This document shows positions 10,765 to 21,566 of a stretch of 64,000 nt of DNA, in pieces; position 1 is the stretch's first letter; every line of letters begins with the position of its first letter. The translations under genes and the position numbers were made by a program. Under the pieces are notes generated by a model. The model did not search any database and was not told the origin of the DNA. It saw only the letters and a list, made by a program, of their open reading frames with translations. Source of the stretch: a virus. The DNA is taken from IMG/VR virus record IMGVR_UViG_3300047323_000675, one strand, 5' to 3'.

Positions 10765-10972
10765 TTAAAATATAACAATTTATATATTATAATGGACCAA
10801 AATATAATATTTTTATTATAAAAAAAGCTAACAAAAATAAACCATAAAGACTGAAAATATTGATTAGATTCTTTCCTAAACTCACATTTACTCTATATTT
10901 TAAATACAGAAAAGCAACACTAAAAACCTTATTTGTTTGACATATTTATAACAAATGTATAAAATATAATAT

Positions 10973-11308
10973 ATGTTGACTAAAGGAAACAATATGGAAA
11001 ATAAAGAAATTATATCTCCTGAATTTATTATTTTTAAAGGTGATAAAAGTTTTGTTTTTGGAATCAAAGGATTAAACAAAGAAAATCAGAAGAATATCAA
11101 AAGCTCCATTAATTCATCAGAAGCCTCAATTGAAATTAATGAGAGCAATACTTTGGTCTTACATGCTGGTGAACAATCATATAGTTTTAATCTAGAGCCA
11201 TATTTTGGATTCTTTTCACCATCAAAGTTTTATGTAGGTTTTGATTTTATTGATGAAAAACCTCATTTGGATGATGATTATCGTAGAATGTTTAGAGTGC
11301 AAAAATAA
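10973..11308 (+). CDS. Hypothetical protein
   Basis: Own TTGACA promoter, AAGGA RBS (probable start ~10994), terminator ~11312-11340. Confidence 0.75.
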   Translation: MLTKGNNMENKEIISPEFIIFKGDKSFVFGIKGLNKENQKNIKSSINSSEASIEINESNTLVLHAGEQSYSFNLEPYFGFFSPSKFYVGFDFIDEKPHLDDDYRRMFRVQK

Positions 11309-11382
11309 TAATAAAAACCCACATTTTAGTGGGTTTTTTCTTTATATTATGATATAATAGCCCTTTATTAATAGGGGTAATT

Positions 11383-12435
11383 ATGCACGATTTAACCTGT
11401 AAAGAATATATAGAACTTATCAATAGTTTAAATTTACCATCAAGAAATAGACAAGTCCTTTTCCAAAAAATTAGATATGGTGGTGGAGTTATTAATGCTA
11501 GTTTTGGCGATCAACTTGTTTTTAATTCAAACACTTATGCAACAAGCTATTTCGTTAATGATGTTTTTACTAATTTAGGTAAGGATTTTTACCATTTACT
11601 AAAATATAGTAAATGGAAGAAAGAATTTATAGACGCAATTCCTAACTTCTTTAGTAATACTTCAGGCAGTAAAAAAAATGAATACTTTACTAAAATTTAT
11701 GAAGTAATAAAAAAATCAGAAGAATTAAATTTAAAGAGTTTAGAAAATAGGAATTTTTTTCTCAAAATCTTTCATATTGCTGTAAATATTGAAGCAAAAA
11801 TTGAAGAAGACTCTATTGTTAAAATAATGTATGACATGTTCAAAGATAAAGAGAATATTGATTTAGATTTATTTAAAGAAATTTTTGCTCTTTATATTGA
11901 AAAAATAAAAACAGATGCAAAGTACCAAAAAAGAATTAATGATATTAAAGCTTGGGCTGCAACTCAAGATTTTACTGAATTAACAAAGAAATATAAAAAT
12001 ATTCGTAATTATTTTGATGATTCGAATGAAGAAAAGGTATTTACTGCATCATCAAAAAAGTATGATTTAAAAGCTATTGCAAAACAAAATAAAACTAAAT
12101 TAAGTGTTATTCAGCAAAATTTTAATGAATTAAATAATTTTATTAGTGAAAAATTAAAAACTAATGAAAATATTCAAGATTTTATTATCCGTGATGAAAA
12201 AATATTCTATAAGGTATTGATTGTTTACGATAAAAGAGATTTTGTAATTAATGCAGCAATTAAAATGCATGAATCATTCTTTGCAATGATTAAAGGTAGC
12301 GAATCGCTTGAAAAAGAATTGATGTATTCTCTATGGGATAAATTAATGATGAAGGCAGATCTTGAAAGTAGTTTTGCAGAAGCCAATAAGGGAACAGGTC
12401 AAATAGAGGCTCCTCGTAAAATTACAAAATTATAA
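11383..12435 (+). CDS. Hypothetical protein, paralogue A of a tandem pair
   Basis: MHD.TCKEYIE start and QDF.EL.KKYKNIRNYF shared with 12522..13562. Confidence 0.85.
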   Translation: MHDLTCKEYIELINSLNLPSRNRQVLFQKIRYGGGVINASFGDQLVFNSNTYATSYFVNDVFTNLGKDFYHLLKYSKWKKEFIDAIPNFFSNTSGSKKNEYFTKIYEVIKKSEELNLKSLENRNFFLKIFHIAVNIEAKIEEDSIVKIMYDMFKDKENIDLDLFKEIFALYIEKIKTDAKYQKRINDIKAWAATQDFTELTKKYKNIRNYFDDSNEEKVFTASSKKYDLKAIAKQNKTKLSVIQQNFNELNNFISEKLKTNENIQDFIIRDEKIFYKVLIVYDKRDFVINAAIKMHESFFAMIKGSESLEKELMYSLWDKLMMKADLESSFAEANKGTGQIEAPRKITKL

Positions 12436-12521
12436 TTAAAAAGCTCACAATTTTGTGGGCTTTTTTGTTTTCCTAAGATTTTTAATTATAATTATATTAA
12501 TAATAATTGAAGAGTTAAATT

Positions 12522-13562
12522 ATGCATGATATGACTTGTAAAGAATATATTGAGATTATTGATGGACTTGATATTAGCTTAATTTCTCGTGGTGCTTTGT
12601 ATGACTTAATTAATTATACTAAAGATGGAACTTTAGATAAATTATTTGTAATGGATGTTATTGATTCAGAATATAGTTTAGTCTCAGAAGTTTTTAGACA
12701 TGTCGGACAAGATATTGAACCCTTTCTTCAATATCGAAAATGGAAAAATAAATTTATAGCAGTTGCTCATAACAAGCTCGGTGAAAGCTTTGGACATGAA
12801 AAAAATTTATTGTTTACTAAAATATTTCAAATTTTTAAAAATTCACCTAATTTAAATTTAAAAGAAAAAGATAACCAAGATTATTTTCTTAATTTATTTA
12901 AAAAATCTGTTGAATTAAGAGCTAAAAATGAAGAACAGTCAGTAGTTCATGTTTTATATAGCTTATTTAAAGAAAAAGAGGAACTTACTAAAGAATTTCT
13001 TAAAGAATTATTTGCTATCTATGTAGATAACATAAAAACTGATCCTAAATATCAATATAGAATAAAAGAGATAAAAGATTGGGCTATAAATCAGGATTTT
13101 AGTGAATTATCAAAAAAATATAAAAATATCAGAAATTATTTTAATACTGATTTAAGTGAAAAAATATGTGAAGCATCTGTCAAAAGATATGATTTAAATG
13201 ATATTGCTGAAAAAACAAAAACTAAATTAGTATGGATTGAAGAAAATTTTAATGCCATAACTAAATTAGTAGATAAAAAATTAATAGGAAATACTAATAT
13301 TCATAATTTTGTATGTATAGATGAAAAAATATTTCATAAAGTTATTCTAGTTTATGAAAAAAGAGATTCTATTGTTGAAGCTGCAACAACTATTCATGAT
13401 GTTTTCTTTTCTATGATAAGTAAGACTAAATCTTTAGAAACTGAATTGATAGAAAATTTATGGGAAAAATTATCTTTAAAAGCTGAAATTGAGGCTGATT
13501 TTAATAAACATAATAAACAACATCCCAAACCAAATGTTTCTACCAAAGTGCAGAAGATTTAA
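12522..13562 (+). CDS. Hypothetical protein, paralogue B of a tandem pair
   Basis: Full-length similarity to 11383..12435. Confidence 0.85.
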   Translation: MHDMTCKEYIEIIDGLDISLISRGALYDLINYTKDGTLDKLFVMDVIDSEYSLVSEVFRHVGQDIEPFLQYRKWKNKFIAVAHNKLGESFGHEKNLLFTKIFQIFKNSPNLNLKEKDNQDYFLNLFKKSVELRAKNEEQSVVHVLYSLFKEKEELTKEFLKELFAIYVDNIKTDPKYQYRIKEIKDWAINQDFSELSKKYKNIRNYFNTDLSEKICEASVKRYDLNDIAEKTKTKLVWIEENFNAITKLVDKKLIGNTNIHNFVCIDEKIFHKVILVYEKRDSIVEAATTIHDVFFSMISKTKSLETELIENLWEKLSLKAEIEADFNKHNKQHPKPNVSTKVQKI

Positions 13563-13624
13563 TTAATTTTTTATATTGACAAAAATTATACAAATATTAC
13601 TTATATATAAAAAATGGATAATAT

Positions 13625-13894
13625 ATGATTATTGAAATAACTTTACCAATTCATGATGATTTAACTTTAATTGCTGCTTGGGATTTTTCAGATAAGGTAT
13701 GGAATGAAAAACAAGCAACATTAAATAAATTTATTAACGGAGTATTAAAGATAAAAGAAGTTAAATATCAAGAAAAAAAATGGAAAGAAAATATCATCTT
13801 TGAATTAGATGCTAAACCTTTCCATTTTTATGATATACAAAATTATTTTAATGATTATTTTAAATCTTTGGGTGCTACTATTTTAGTAAATTAA
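13625..13894 (+). CDS. Hypothetical protein
   Basis: 89-aa ORF behind a TTGACA promoter-like sequence. Confidence 0.7.
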   Translation: MIIEITLPIHDDLTLIAAWDFSDKVWNEKQATLNKFINGVLKIKEVKYQEKKWKENIIFELDAKPFHFYDIQNYFNDYFKSLGATILVN

Positions 13895-15366
13895 AATCTG
13901 CGTTTTCTTTGAAGACTTTTTTGATCTAAACCAAAGAAAGAGTCATCTACAACAAAGTATTTACCACCTTTTGGAGTTAATTGACGACAATAGTCATTAT
14001 CAATTAATAAAATCCAATTTTTAGGTTCTTTAACTTTATCTCTTAGTTCAAACTCAAGATCTCCATCAGATAATACAACAACATTGTCAGGATATTTCCT
14101 TTTTTCTTTTTTCATGATTTTAAGAATTTCTTCTTCAATACAGTCAAAACCACCAGCATTACCACCATAAAAGCTAATTTGATGCTTTTTTACATCTACT
14201 TCTTCACAATCATCTCCAAATGCAAAAGCACGGCAATGAACTTGTTTTTCTTTAAGGAGTGATACAACGATATTTGAAAATGTATTAAACATATCACGAC
14301 AAGAGCCTGAAGAGTCAATAAATATCCAAACTTCTTTTTTATCTTTGCCTGAAAATTTTTCTTCTTCTTTAATATTAGGTAAAATAATATTACTGTTTTG
14401 TTTTAAGAATGAGGTATAACGACGATGAGTTCCTACCCAAACCTCATGTTCATCATCACTAATATCTTTTTTCTTAGGAATTAAAAGTTTCATTAATTTA
14501 TTAAAACTAGGCTTTTCTGGTGGTGCTTCAAACTCAACTGTATTTCCTTTAATTCTTTTTCCCAATGGAACACCTTTAGGAATGTGTTCTTTAATGCCTT
14601 CTCCAAATTCAGCAAATTCAGGACTCTCAGCTATAGTCTCAGCTACTTCAGGATTTTTTTCTAAAATATTTTTAAAAGCTTCGGAAAAATTATCAGGAGA
14701 AAACTCTGGAGGCTTATTACCTGAACCACCTTCCTTATCTTCTTTTTTTTCTTTAGAATCTTTTTTATTCCCTTTTCCAGACTTTTGTTTATTTTCATTA
14801 TCTTGGCTCTCTCCATTCCCATGTGAGCCTAATAACTTAGGTTCCTTTTTTAAGTCCTTCCTTTGTGCTAGTTTATTATAGTAGTATTCAAAACTTTTAT
14901 CTGTTGGAACATTTGTTTCTTCAGGAAAGCATGTCTCAACCCAACAATAAGGCTGCCAATCAAATCCTTCTCTATGTAAACCAATTTTTTCATGGATATG
15001 ATGATTAATAACAATATCACTAGCTTGATTGCCAATTGAGAAGTCACCACCTAAAGCAATAATTCTTTTTCCGTGATCATATACCACATGATATAATTCA
15101 TGAAGAACAACGAAAGTTTTAGCATCATCACATAATCCATCCCAAAAATCAGGATTAACAAGCATTTCTAAAGTATTTCCTTCTTTATCAAAAGTAATAC
15201 ATGCAGTAGAAACTTCATCACTATAAGAAACATTAGCAAGATTGTAGAGTGCAGCATAAAAAACATCACACTCTTCAATTCTTTTTTTAATTTTAAAAAA
15301 ATCGCTAATATTAAAAGGTTTTTTCATTATCAATAACCTCTTTTCTTTGGTTTGGAATTCATCCAT
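13891..15366 (-). CDS. VWA-like protein with N-terminal HExxH putative metallopeptidase (DUF2201-type); likely start 15327
   Basis: HELYH motif, NQASDIVIN, low-complexity linker, C-terminal FIDSSGS and VLSDGD MIDAS-like motifs. Confidence 0.85.
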   Translation of the reverse strand: MDEFQTKEKRLLIMKKPFNISDFFKIKKRIEECDVFYAALYNLANVSYSDEVSTACITFDKEGNTLEMLVNPDFWDGLCDDAKTFVVLHELYHVVYDHGKRIIALGGDFSIGNQASDIVINHHIHEKIGLHREGFDWQPYCWVETCFPEETNVPTDKSFEYYYNKLAQRKDLKKEPKLLGSHGNGESQDNENKQKSGKGNKKDSKEKKEDKEGGSGNKPPEFSPDNFSEAFKNILEKNPEVAETIAESPEFAEFGEGIKEHIPKGVPLGKRIKGNTVEFEAPPEKPSFNKLMKLLIPKKKDISDDEHEVWVGTHRRYTSFLKQNSNIILPNIKEEEKFSGKDKKEVWIFIDSSGSCRDMFNTFSNIVVSLLKEKQVHCRAFAFGDDCEEVDVKKHQISFYGGNAGGFDCIEEEILKIMKKEKRKYPDNVVVLSDGDLEFELRDKVKEPKNWILLIDNDYCRQLTPKGGKYFVVDDSFFGLDQKSLQRKRRF

Positions 15367-17054
15367 CCACCACCATAAGATTTATCATAAGGATTATCAT
15401 AAGAATTATCATAAGGATTATTATAAGCTTCTTTTTTTTGAGCTACATAACTTTCTTTGTCAGAAATAGAATCGTATTCTTCTGGAGTGATAATATCTTT
15501 AATATTTTTATTAACAGTAGCGCTCTTTTTTCTTTGAGATGGGCGCGCAGTAAGTTCAGAATAAGTTGATTTTATTTCTTCAGAAGTTAAACCTGCATAC
15601 TTGTCCATAACTTTTTGAATTCTATCATTCATATCTAAAAATTGAGTATCAATGTCATTCTTTTTCCAAATATAAGATGAAACAGATGGATCTAAAAAAG
15701 AATCAAAAGTTTTTTGTATGGAATCATTAATACTTGTTTCAGCAGAAATTAATGCAAAAACAATACCAATTCTTTCAGCTATCTGTTCTTTTGCTCTTTC
15801 TATTGTAATACTATTACTCTTTGCAGCACTTATAGCTTTATTGGTAACATTTCTCATCTTGTTCCAATTAAAGATTTTAATATCTGAACCACTTAATTTC
15901 CAAGATTTTTTCATTAATCCCTGTTCATCAATTAAGCTAACTAATGTTTTTTCAGCATTACTATCAGGAATCAAGCTATTTTCAATTAATGCTTTAGTTG
16001 CAGCAGCTTTTTGAACATATGCCTCTTTAACTTCTTCGGTCATAAATTCTTTAAATTGCTCGAAATTCTTTTTAACAAAAGGATTTTTACCTGGATTCAT
16101 ACAAACAATATCTTTAATAATATCTTTTGCTACAATAGCATTATCCGAGTTTTCAGTACCAATTTTCATGATTAAATCATGAACTTTGCTTTTAGATAAG
16201 AATTCTTTAGAAAGCCATTCTTTATCTAAATGTGGTAAGAAAAACTCAAATATTTCACGGTTACTTCTGAAATAGTTAGCTACATTGGTTGGATAATTCT
16301 TACTTAAAATACCTTTTGATGCACCTACAGTCTTAGCATTAAAATCTTTTTCCAATATAATTAATTGACTTGCAGATTTTAAATCTTCTTTAAGTTTTTG
16401 TGTATTGCCAACAGTAATCATGTCAGCTAAATCACCACCAACTAAATGGAACTGTACCGAGTCAAACAATCTTCGTGGACTAATTTCTTTCTGAACAGCT
16501 TCTGGTTGGTTTTGCCACCAATTACAGAATATTTCTCCTACTTGACCATAAGATTTTTTAAAGTATGCAACATCTACTTCGTATGGTATTTTAATATGGA
16601 TTTGAAATCTATCTTTTACAGCAGGATCTAATGGCTCAACATGGTATTCTTCATCTTCAGTATGAGGATTGATTGCGGCCCAAATCATTTTAATATTATA
16701 TGGTTTACCATTAATAGTTTTAAATTGCATTAACTCCATTAATGCGTTCATTACTTTTTTAGGAGCGCGATTAAGTTCATCAATAAATATAACATCATAT
16801 TTATCATCTACAAAATCTTCTGGAGGAATAAGTCTTAAAACTTCTTTTCCATCTTCTCTGGTAACTGTACTAGGAACACCAACTAAATCTGTCCAAGGGT
16901 CCATAGTAGGTGCAGAAAAATATTTAACTCTATATCCCGCTTTCAGAAAAGTGCTGGAAATAATAGAGGTTTTACCAACTCCTCTTTGTCCTTCAAATAA
17001 AACATTGTAATTATTATTTACATATAGTTCTAATTTTCTTTGATCAACTAACAT
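15330..17054 (-). CDS. MoxR-type AAA+ ATPase
   Basis: Walker A GQRGVGKT, Walker B IFIDELNRA, AAINP, LDPAVKDRF; coupled to the VWA gene. Confidence 0.9.
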   Translation of the reverse strand: MLVDQRKLELYVNNNYNVLFEGQRGVGKTSIISSTFLKAGYRVKYFSAPTMDPWTDLVGVPSTVTREDGKEVLRLIPPEDFVDDKYDVIFIDELNRAPKKVMNALMELMQFKTINGKPYNIKMIWAAINPHTEDEEYHVEPLDPAVKDRFQIHIKIPYEVDVAYFKKSYGQVGEIFCNWWQNQPEAVQKEISPRRLFDSVQFHLVGGDLADMITVGNTQKLKEDLKSASQLIILEKDFNAKTVGASKGILSKNYPTNVANYFRSNREIFEFFLPHLDKEWLSKEFLSKSKVHDLIMKIGTENSDNAIVAKDIIKDIVCMNPGKNPFVKKNFEQFKEFMTEEVKEAYVQKAAATKALIENSLIPDSNAEKTLVSLIDEQGLMKKSWKLSGSDIKIFNWNKMRNVTNKAISAAKSNSITIERAKEQIAERIGIVFALISAETSINDSIQKTFDSFLDPSVSSYIWKKNDIDTQFLDMNDRIQKVMDKYAGLTSEEIKSTYSELTARPSQRKKSATVNKNIKDIITPEEYDSISDKESYVAQKKEAYNNPYDNSYDNPYDKSYGGGWMNSKPKKRGY

Positions 17055-17166
17055 GATTTTCCTTATAATTATTTTTATATTATAAAAGATTTAAAAATGT
17101 TTTCAAATATTTGATTTATATTTTTGATAGTATTCTAAATAAAAAAGACCAAACGAATTGGTCTTT

Positions 17167-17751
17167 TTATAATTTCAATTTTTTGTGATTTTTATCGGTA
17201 TTAATTTTAATGTCTTTTTGTAATATCAAATGCCAATATTCTGGTTCATCATATGGTCTTCCTTCATAATAGAACTCAACATTATTTTGTTCTACGATTG
17301 CAGGCCCATCTTCCCTATGTAGTTTTCCGAAGACTATCCACATTGTTTGTTCACCAACAGAACAAAATGCTGGTTCGTTATTTGGATTATGTAATTGTCC
17401 ATTATAATACCAAGCATAGCTTCCATCCGAATCAATTCTGGCTGGACCATTTTCACGATGTAATTGATTATTTTTATACCAAAACATATCACCATTAGGA
17501 TTTGTTGTCGTAGGATTATCGCCATCACGATGCCTTTTACCATGCTTCCACCATTCTTTTCTACCATCTGAATAAATAATAGCTGGCTCATCATTATCTC
17601 TATGAAGTTTTCCCTTAAAATACCATTCTTCAGTCCCATCAGCATGAATAATTGCAGGGCCATTTATTCTATGTGGTTCTCCATTAACTTCCCAATGTTT
17701 ATCACCACAACTACCAATTCTTGTTGGATTATCTATCATAATTAAATGCAA
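17167..17751 (-). CDS. HRxDGPA beta-repeat protein (array 1, gene 6)
   Basis: Tandem WYxNGxLHRxxxPA repeats; basic tail HKKLKL. Confidence 0.85.
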   Translation of the reverse strand: MHLIMIDNPTRIGSCGDKHWEVNGEPHRINGPAIIHADGTEEWYFKGKLHRDNDEPAIIYSDGRKEWWKHGKRHRDGDNPTTTNPNGDMFWYKNNQLHRENGPARIDSDGSYAWYYNGQLHNPNNEPAFCSVGEQTMWIVFGKLHREDGPAIVEQNNVEFYYEGRPYDEPEYWHLILQKDIKINTDKNHKKLKL

Positions 17752-17779
17752 AATATTAAATAAAAAATTATACCATAAT

Positions 17780-18775
17780 TTAAATTTTCAACTTCTTTTT
17801 ATCTATAGAATGTTTTTTATCAACTTCATTATTTAATTGGAAATACAAGAATTCTTTTTCTGTAATCTTTTCATTATTAACCCAATATTCAATATCTCCA
17901 TTTTCATATATAACAGCCGGTCCTGTAAGCCTATGCTTATTGCCTTTAAAATACCATTCTTTTTTATCTCCTGGAATATAAACTGCTGCTTCATCATTGG
18001 GGTTATGAAGAACGCTTTCACAATACCACTTATATCCGCCATCTTTAAAAATCATTGCTGGAGCATTATCTCTATGAATATATCCTTTGTTATACCAAAA
18101 TTTATCGCCATTTGCGAAAATAATTGCAGGCTTGTCATTATCTCTATGAATTTCACCATTTTGATACCAATATTCTGAACCATGTTTATCTATAACAGCA
18201 GGCTTATCTCCATCTCTATGGTATTTATCATTTATATACCATTCCTTAGCTCCATTATCATTTATAATAGCAGGTAAATCATTATCTCTATGAATTTTTC
18301 CATGTTTATACCAAATTTGCTCTCCGTCAGGATCAATAATTGCAGGAAGATCATTTTCTCTATGTTCTTTACCATTTATTACCCAAGCTTGAACTCCATC
18401 TGAATGAATAACAGCAGGTTTATCACCATCTCTATGAACATCACCATTTTTATACCACATTAATTTACCATCTTCTTTGATAACTGCTGGCTCATCACCA
18501 TCTCTATGAAGCTCTCCATCTTTATACCATTCTTGTTTACCATTTTTATAACTAACTGCTGCTTCAGTTAAACAATGTAATTGACCTTCAAAATACCATT
18601 TAGTAAATTCACGACTAATAATAGCTGGTCCATCAACTCTATGTAACCTTCCATGTTTGTACCACTCTTGTCTGCCATCTTTACTAATAATAGCTGGACC
18701 ATCTTCACGATGATGTAAACCATTTAATAGCCAATGTTCAATTCCATTCTGATTAATATATTCTATTTTATCCAT
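17780..18775 (-). CDS. HRxDGPA beta-repeat protein (array 1, gene 5)
   Basis: About 12 WYxNGxxHRDxDxPA repeats; tail KKKLKI. Confidence 0.9.
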   Translation of the reverse strand: MDKIEYINQNGIEHWLLNGLHHREDGPAIISKDGRQEWYKHGRLHRVDGPAIISREFTKWYFEGQLHCLTEAAVSYKNGKQEWYKDGELHRDGDEPAVIKEDGKLMWYKNGDVHRDGDKPAVIHSDGVQAWVINGKEHRENDLPAIIDPDGEQIWYKHGKIHRDNDLPAIINDNGAKEWYINDKYHRDGDKPAVIDKHGSEYWYQNGEIHRDNDKPAIIFANGDKFWYNKGYIHRDNAPAMIFKDGGYKWYCESVLHNPNDEAAVYIPGDKKEWYFKGNKHRLTGPAVIYENGDIEYWVNNEKITEKEFLYFQLNNEVDKKHSIDKKKLKI

Positions 18776-18776
18776 T

Positions 18777-19226
18777 TTAAACCTTTAACTTCTTTTTTCC
18801 AAATTCATCGTTTGTAGTTAACTCAATATTTAATTCATTATTTAATTTAAATCTATTAAATTCATGCTCGGTATATTCAATGCCATCAATGTACCATGAT
18901 AATTTACCTCTTGGATGAATTATTGCAGGGCCATCTATTCTGTGTGGTATACCATTTTTGAACCATTCTTGCATAGCACCATTTTGCATAATTAAAGCCG
19001 GACCATTTTCCCTATGTAAATCCCCCTTTTGATACCATCCTTGATTACCATCTTTGAAAACTACAGCAGGTAAGTCATTATCTCGATGTAATTTCCCTTT
19101 TTGATACCATTGTTCTGTTCCATTTTTAGTAATGACAGCAGGCAAATCATTATCTCTATGAAGTAATCCATTTTTATACCAAACTTGACTACCGTTCTCG
19201 TCTATTTCCATTATTTCATCAGCCAT
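18777..19226 (-). CDS. HRxDGPA beta-repeat protein (array 1, gene 4)
   Basis: Same repeat; tail KKKLKV. Confidence 0.9.
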   Translation of the reverse strand: MADEIMEIDENGSQVWYKNGLLHRDNDLPAVITKNGTEQWYQKGKLHRDNDLPAVVFKDGNQGWYQKGDLHRENGPALIMQNGAMQEWFKNGIPHRIDGPAIIHPRGKLSWYIDGIEYTEHEFNRFKLNNELNIELTTNDEFGKKKLKV

Positions 19227-19234
19227 AATAATCC

Positions 19235-19837
19235 TTATATCTTTATTTTCTTTTTAACTGAAGCACTATTGATATTTAAATCTTTTGTTAATTTTTTATG
19301 CAATTTGATTGCATTAAATTCTTGTTCAGAATACTGAACTCCCCGAATCCAATATTCTTTACTACCATCAGCTTTAGTAATAGCTGGTCCATTTAAGCGA
19401 TGTCTTTTACCACGAAGCCACCATTCTTCACATTTATTTGCATGAATAATAGCTGGTTTACCTTTTCTATGATATTGCCCATTAACTGCCCATACTGTTC
19501 TTGCTCCACGAACATACATTGCTGGCTCGCCATTAGGATTATGTAATGAACCATCTTTATACCATGCATAAGAACCATCTTTTTCAATTTCTGCGGGTCC
19601 ATTATCTCTATGTTTTAAACCGTTTTTGAACCAATTTTTAGCACCATCAGCAAATATGATTGCAGGCTCATCATTATCTCTATGAAGTAATCCATTTCTA
19701 TACCATTTTTTTAAACCACCAACATAAATTTCAGCAGGACCATCTTCCCGATGAGATCTACCATTAACTTTCCAAAATTGATTACCTAAAAGATCTTGTT
19801 CATATATTGGTTCTTGCTTCTCTACTTTTTCATTCAT
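19235..19837 (-). CDS. HRxDGPA beta-repeat protein (array 1, gene 3)
   Basis: Same repeat; ATGA overlap with upstream gene; tail KKKIKI. Confidence 0.9.
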   Translation of the reverse strand: MNEKVEKQEPIYEQDLLGNQFWKVNGRSHREDGPAEIYVGGLKKWYRNGLLHRDNDEPAIIFADGAKNWFKNGLKHRDNGPAEIEKDGSYAWYKDGSLHNPNGEPAMYVRGARTVWAVNGQYHRKGKPAIIHANKCEEWWLRGKRHRLNGPAITKADGSKEYWIRGVQYSEQEFNAIKLHKKLTKDLNINSASVKKKIKI

Positions 19838-20598
19838 ATTTTAACTTTTTTAATTATATTTTTTTTATTATTTAAATCTTCAAATTCTAATTCTTTTTCA
19901 AGCATATTTTTAATAATTTCATAAAAATTTTCTCTGGTATATTCTTTCCCATCAATCCAATACTCTGATTTTTGATTGTTAATCATTGCTGGACCATCTA
20001 AACGATGTAACTTGTTATATTTATACCATTTCTCATGACCATTATGAGTTATAACTGCTGGTTTGCCATCTCGATGACAAAATCCATTGTGATACCAATA
20101 TTTATCACCATTCGCATCTATAGTAGCAGGTAAATCGTTATCTCTATGCCATTCACCATTTTTATACCACTCTTGTGAACCATCTGCTTTAATTACTGCT
20201 GGTAAGTCATTATCTCGGTGAAGAAATCCATTTTTGTACCATTCTTTAGTTCCATCAGCTTTAATAATTGCAGGTAAATCATGATCTCTGTTTAATTGAC
20301 CATTTTGATACCATTTTTGTGTTCCATCATTATAAATGCCAGCAGGCATATCATTATTTCTATGGATTAATCCTCTAATTCTCCATTCTTTAGTGCCATT
20401 TGAGTCAATAACAGCAGGAAGATCATTATCTCTGTGAAGTAATCCTTGTTGATACCATAATTCAAGTCCACCAGGAATAATCCTCGCAGGTCCATCTTCA
20501 CGATGAAAGAAACCACCCGCTTTCCAAGTTTTAACTCCATTTTCTAATAATTCATAAACAGGATTTTCCCAATCTATATCGTCCCATTTTACTTTCAT
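19834..20598 (-). CDS. HRxDGPA beta-repeat protein (array 1, gene 2)
   Basis: Same repeat; ATGA overlap; tail IKKVKI. Confidence 0.9.
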   Translation of the reverse strand: MKVKWDDIDWENPVYELLENGVKTWKAGGFFHREDGPARIIPGGLELWYQQGLLHRDNDLPAVIDSNGTKEWRIRGLIHRNNDMPAGIYNDGTQKWYQNGQLNRDHDLPAIIKADGTKEWYKNGFLHRDNDLPAVIKADGSQEWYKNGEWHRDNDLPATIDANGDKYWYHNGFCHRDGKPAVITHNGHEKWYKYNKLHRLDGPAMINNQKSEYWIDGKEYTRENFYEIIKNMLEKELEFEDLNNKKNIIKKVKI

Positions 20599-21020
20599 AA
20601 TTTCATTTTCTTTTTATTAATTATTTTTTCGGTAAGTTCTTTATTTAAGCTAATAGCATTAAACTCCTGTTCAGAAATTTTTATGCCATTAAGCCACCAA
20701 GATTTAAATCCTTCGTTTGTTATTACCGCAGGTCCGTCTTCACGATGATATTTTCCATTTAAAGCCCATATAGTTGAAGCCTCAGTATATGAAGCTGGCT
20801 CAGTTCCTTCTCTATGAATTTCTCCATTTTTATACCATGTGAACCACCCTTTAGGATGTGTCATTGCAGGACCATTTTCTCTATGTTTTTTTCCATTCAA
20901 ATACCATTGTTCAGTTCCATCTCTTCCAATGATAGCAGGGCCATCCTCACGATGAAGCTTTCCATTTAATCTCCAAAATATATTTCCTGCTTCTTCTTGT
21001 CTAATAGGATTTTGGCTCAT
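20595..21020 (-). CDS. HRxDGPA beta-repeat protein (array 1, gene 1)
   Basis: Same repeat; tail KKKMKL. Confidence 0.9.
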   Translation of the reverse strand: MSQNPIRQEEAGNIFWRLNGKLHREDGPAIIGRDGTEQWYLNGKKHRENGPAMTHPKGWFTWYKNGEIHREGTEPASYTEASTIWALNGKYHREDGPAVITNEGFKSWWLNGIKISEQEFNAISLNKELTEKIINKKKMKL

Positions 21021-21152
21021 AATTTAAATTTTTAGGTGTTATTTTAAGATTATAAAACATTTTAGTATAATTCCAAATTATATAATCTGGCAATTAAATT
21101 TATTTTCAATAATTACATTTAAACGACATTATAATTTATTTTTAAAAATGCG

Positions 21153-21181
21153 TTGACTCATTTTAAAAAACGCCCTATATT
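21153..21181 (+). promoter_or_regulatory. sigma70 promoter with GC-rich discriminator (stable-RNA type)
   Basis: TTGACT-N17-TATATT followed by TCCGCC. Confidence 0.7.
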
Positions 21182-21187
21182 TCCGCC

Positions 21188-21566
21188 TTCATGTTTTATG
21201 CGTCGATTAAAAAAGGAGTTATCTTACTCTTTTCATATTCACGATTGGAGCATTATAACCACCAAATAGCTTGATGTTGAGGCATGGATAAACAAAACTG
21301 ACAACCTATCTTGAAAAGATAGCCATTTATAGTAAAAGTTGGAGTATTGGTTAATAAGGATAAAAATCTGAAGGTAGTACAATGGGAGCACAGCACACTA
21401 TCACCGAAGCTAAATCTAGACCGGGCTGTGGGGTTTTTAAGTAACCTGAACTAGAAACTTGCGAAACTTAAAATTAGCAAGGCCGTATCTTGGGCAAACC
21501 TTGGCGTGCAAAGCAAAAGGAAAACTTTCTTGGTTTTTCTATAGGGAAAGCTTTGCCGTCCAAGGC
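21188..21566 (+). ncRNA. Candidate structured non-coding RNA, family unknown
   Basis: GC-richer than flanks, no convincing ORF. Helices: 21211-19/21226-33, 21306-12/21316-22, 21389-94/21425-30, 21458-62/21477-81, 21499-514/21550-65. Confidence 0.5.

Noticed and set aside
14582-17010. Plus-strand and alternate-frame ORFs over the VWA and AAA genes; likewise 45257..45568, 46749..46961, 35988..36230, 39916..40287
   Set aside because: Antisense shadows of well-supported genes
21188-21566. tmRNA, RNase P RNA or 6S RNA
   Set aside because: No tRNA-like ends or tag reading frame, no GAGGAAAGUCC P4 motif, and not a single long rod
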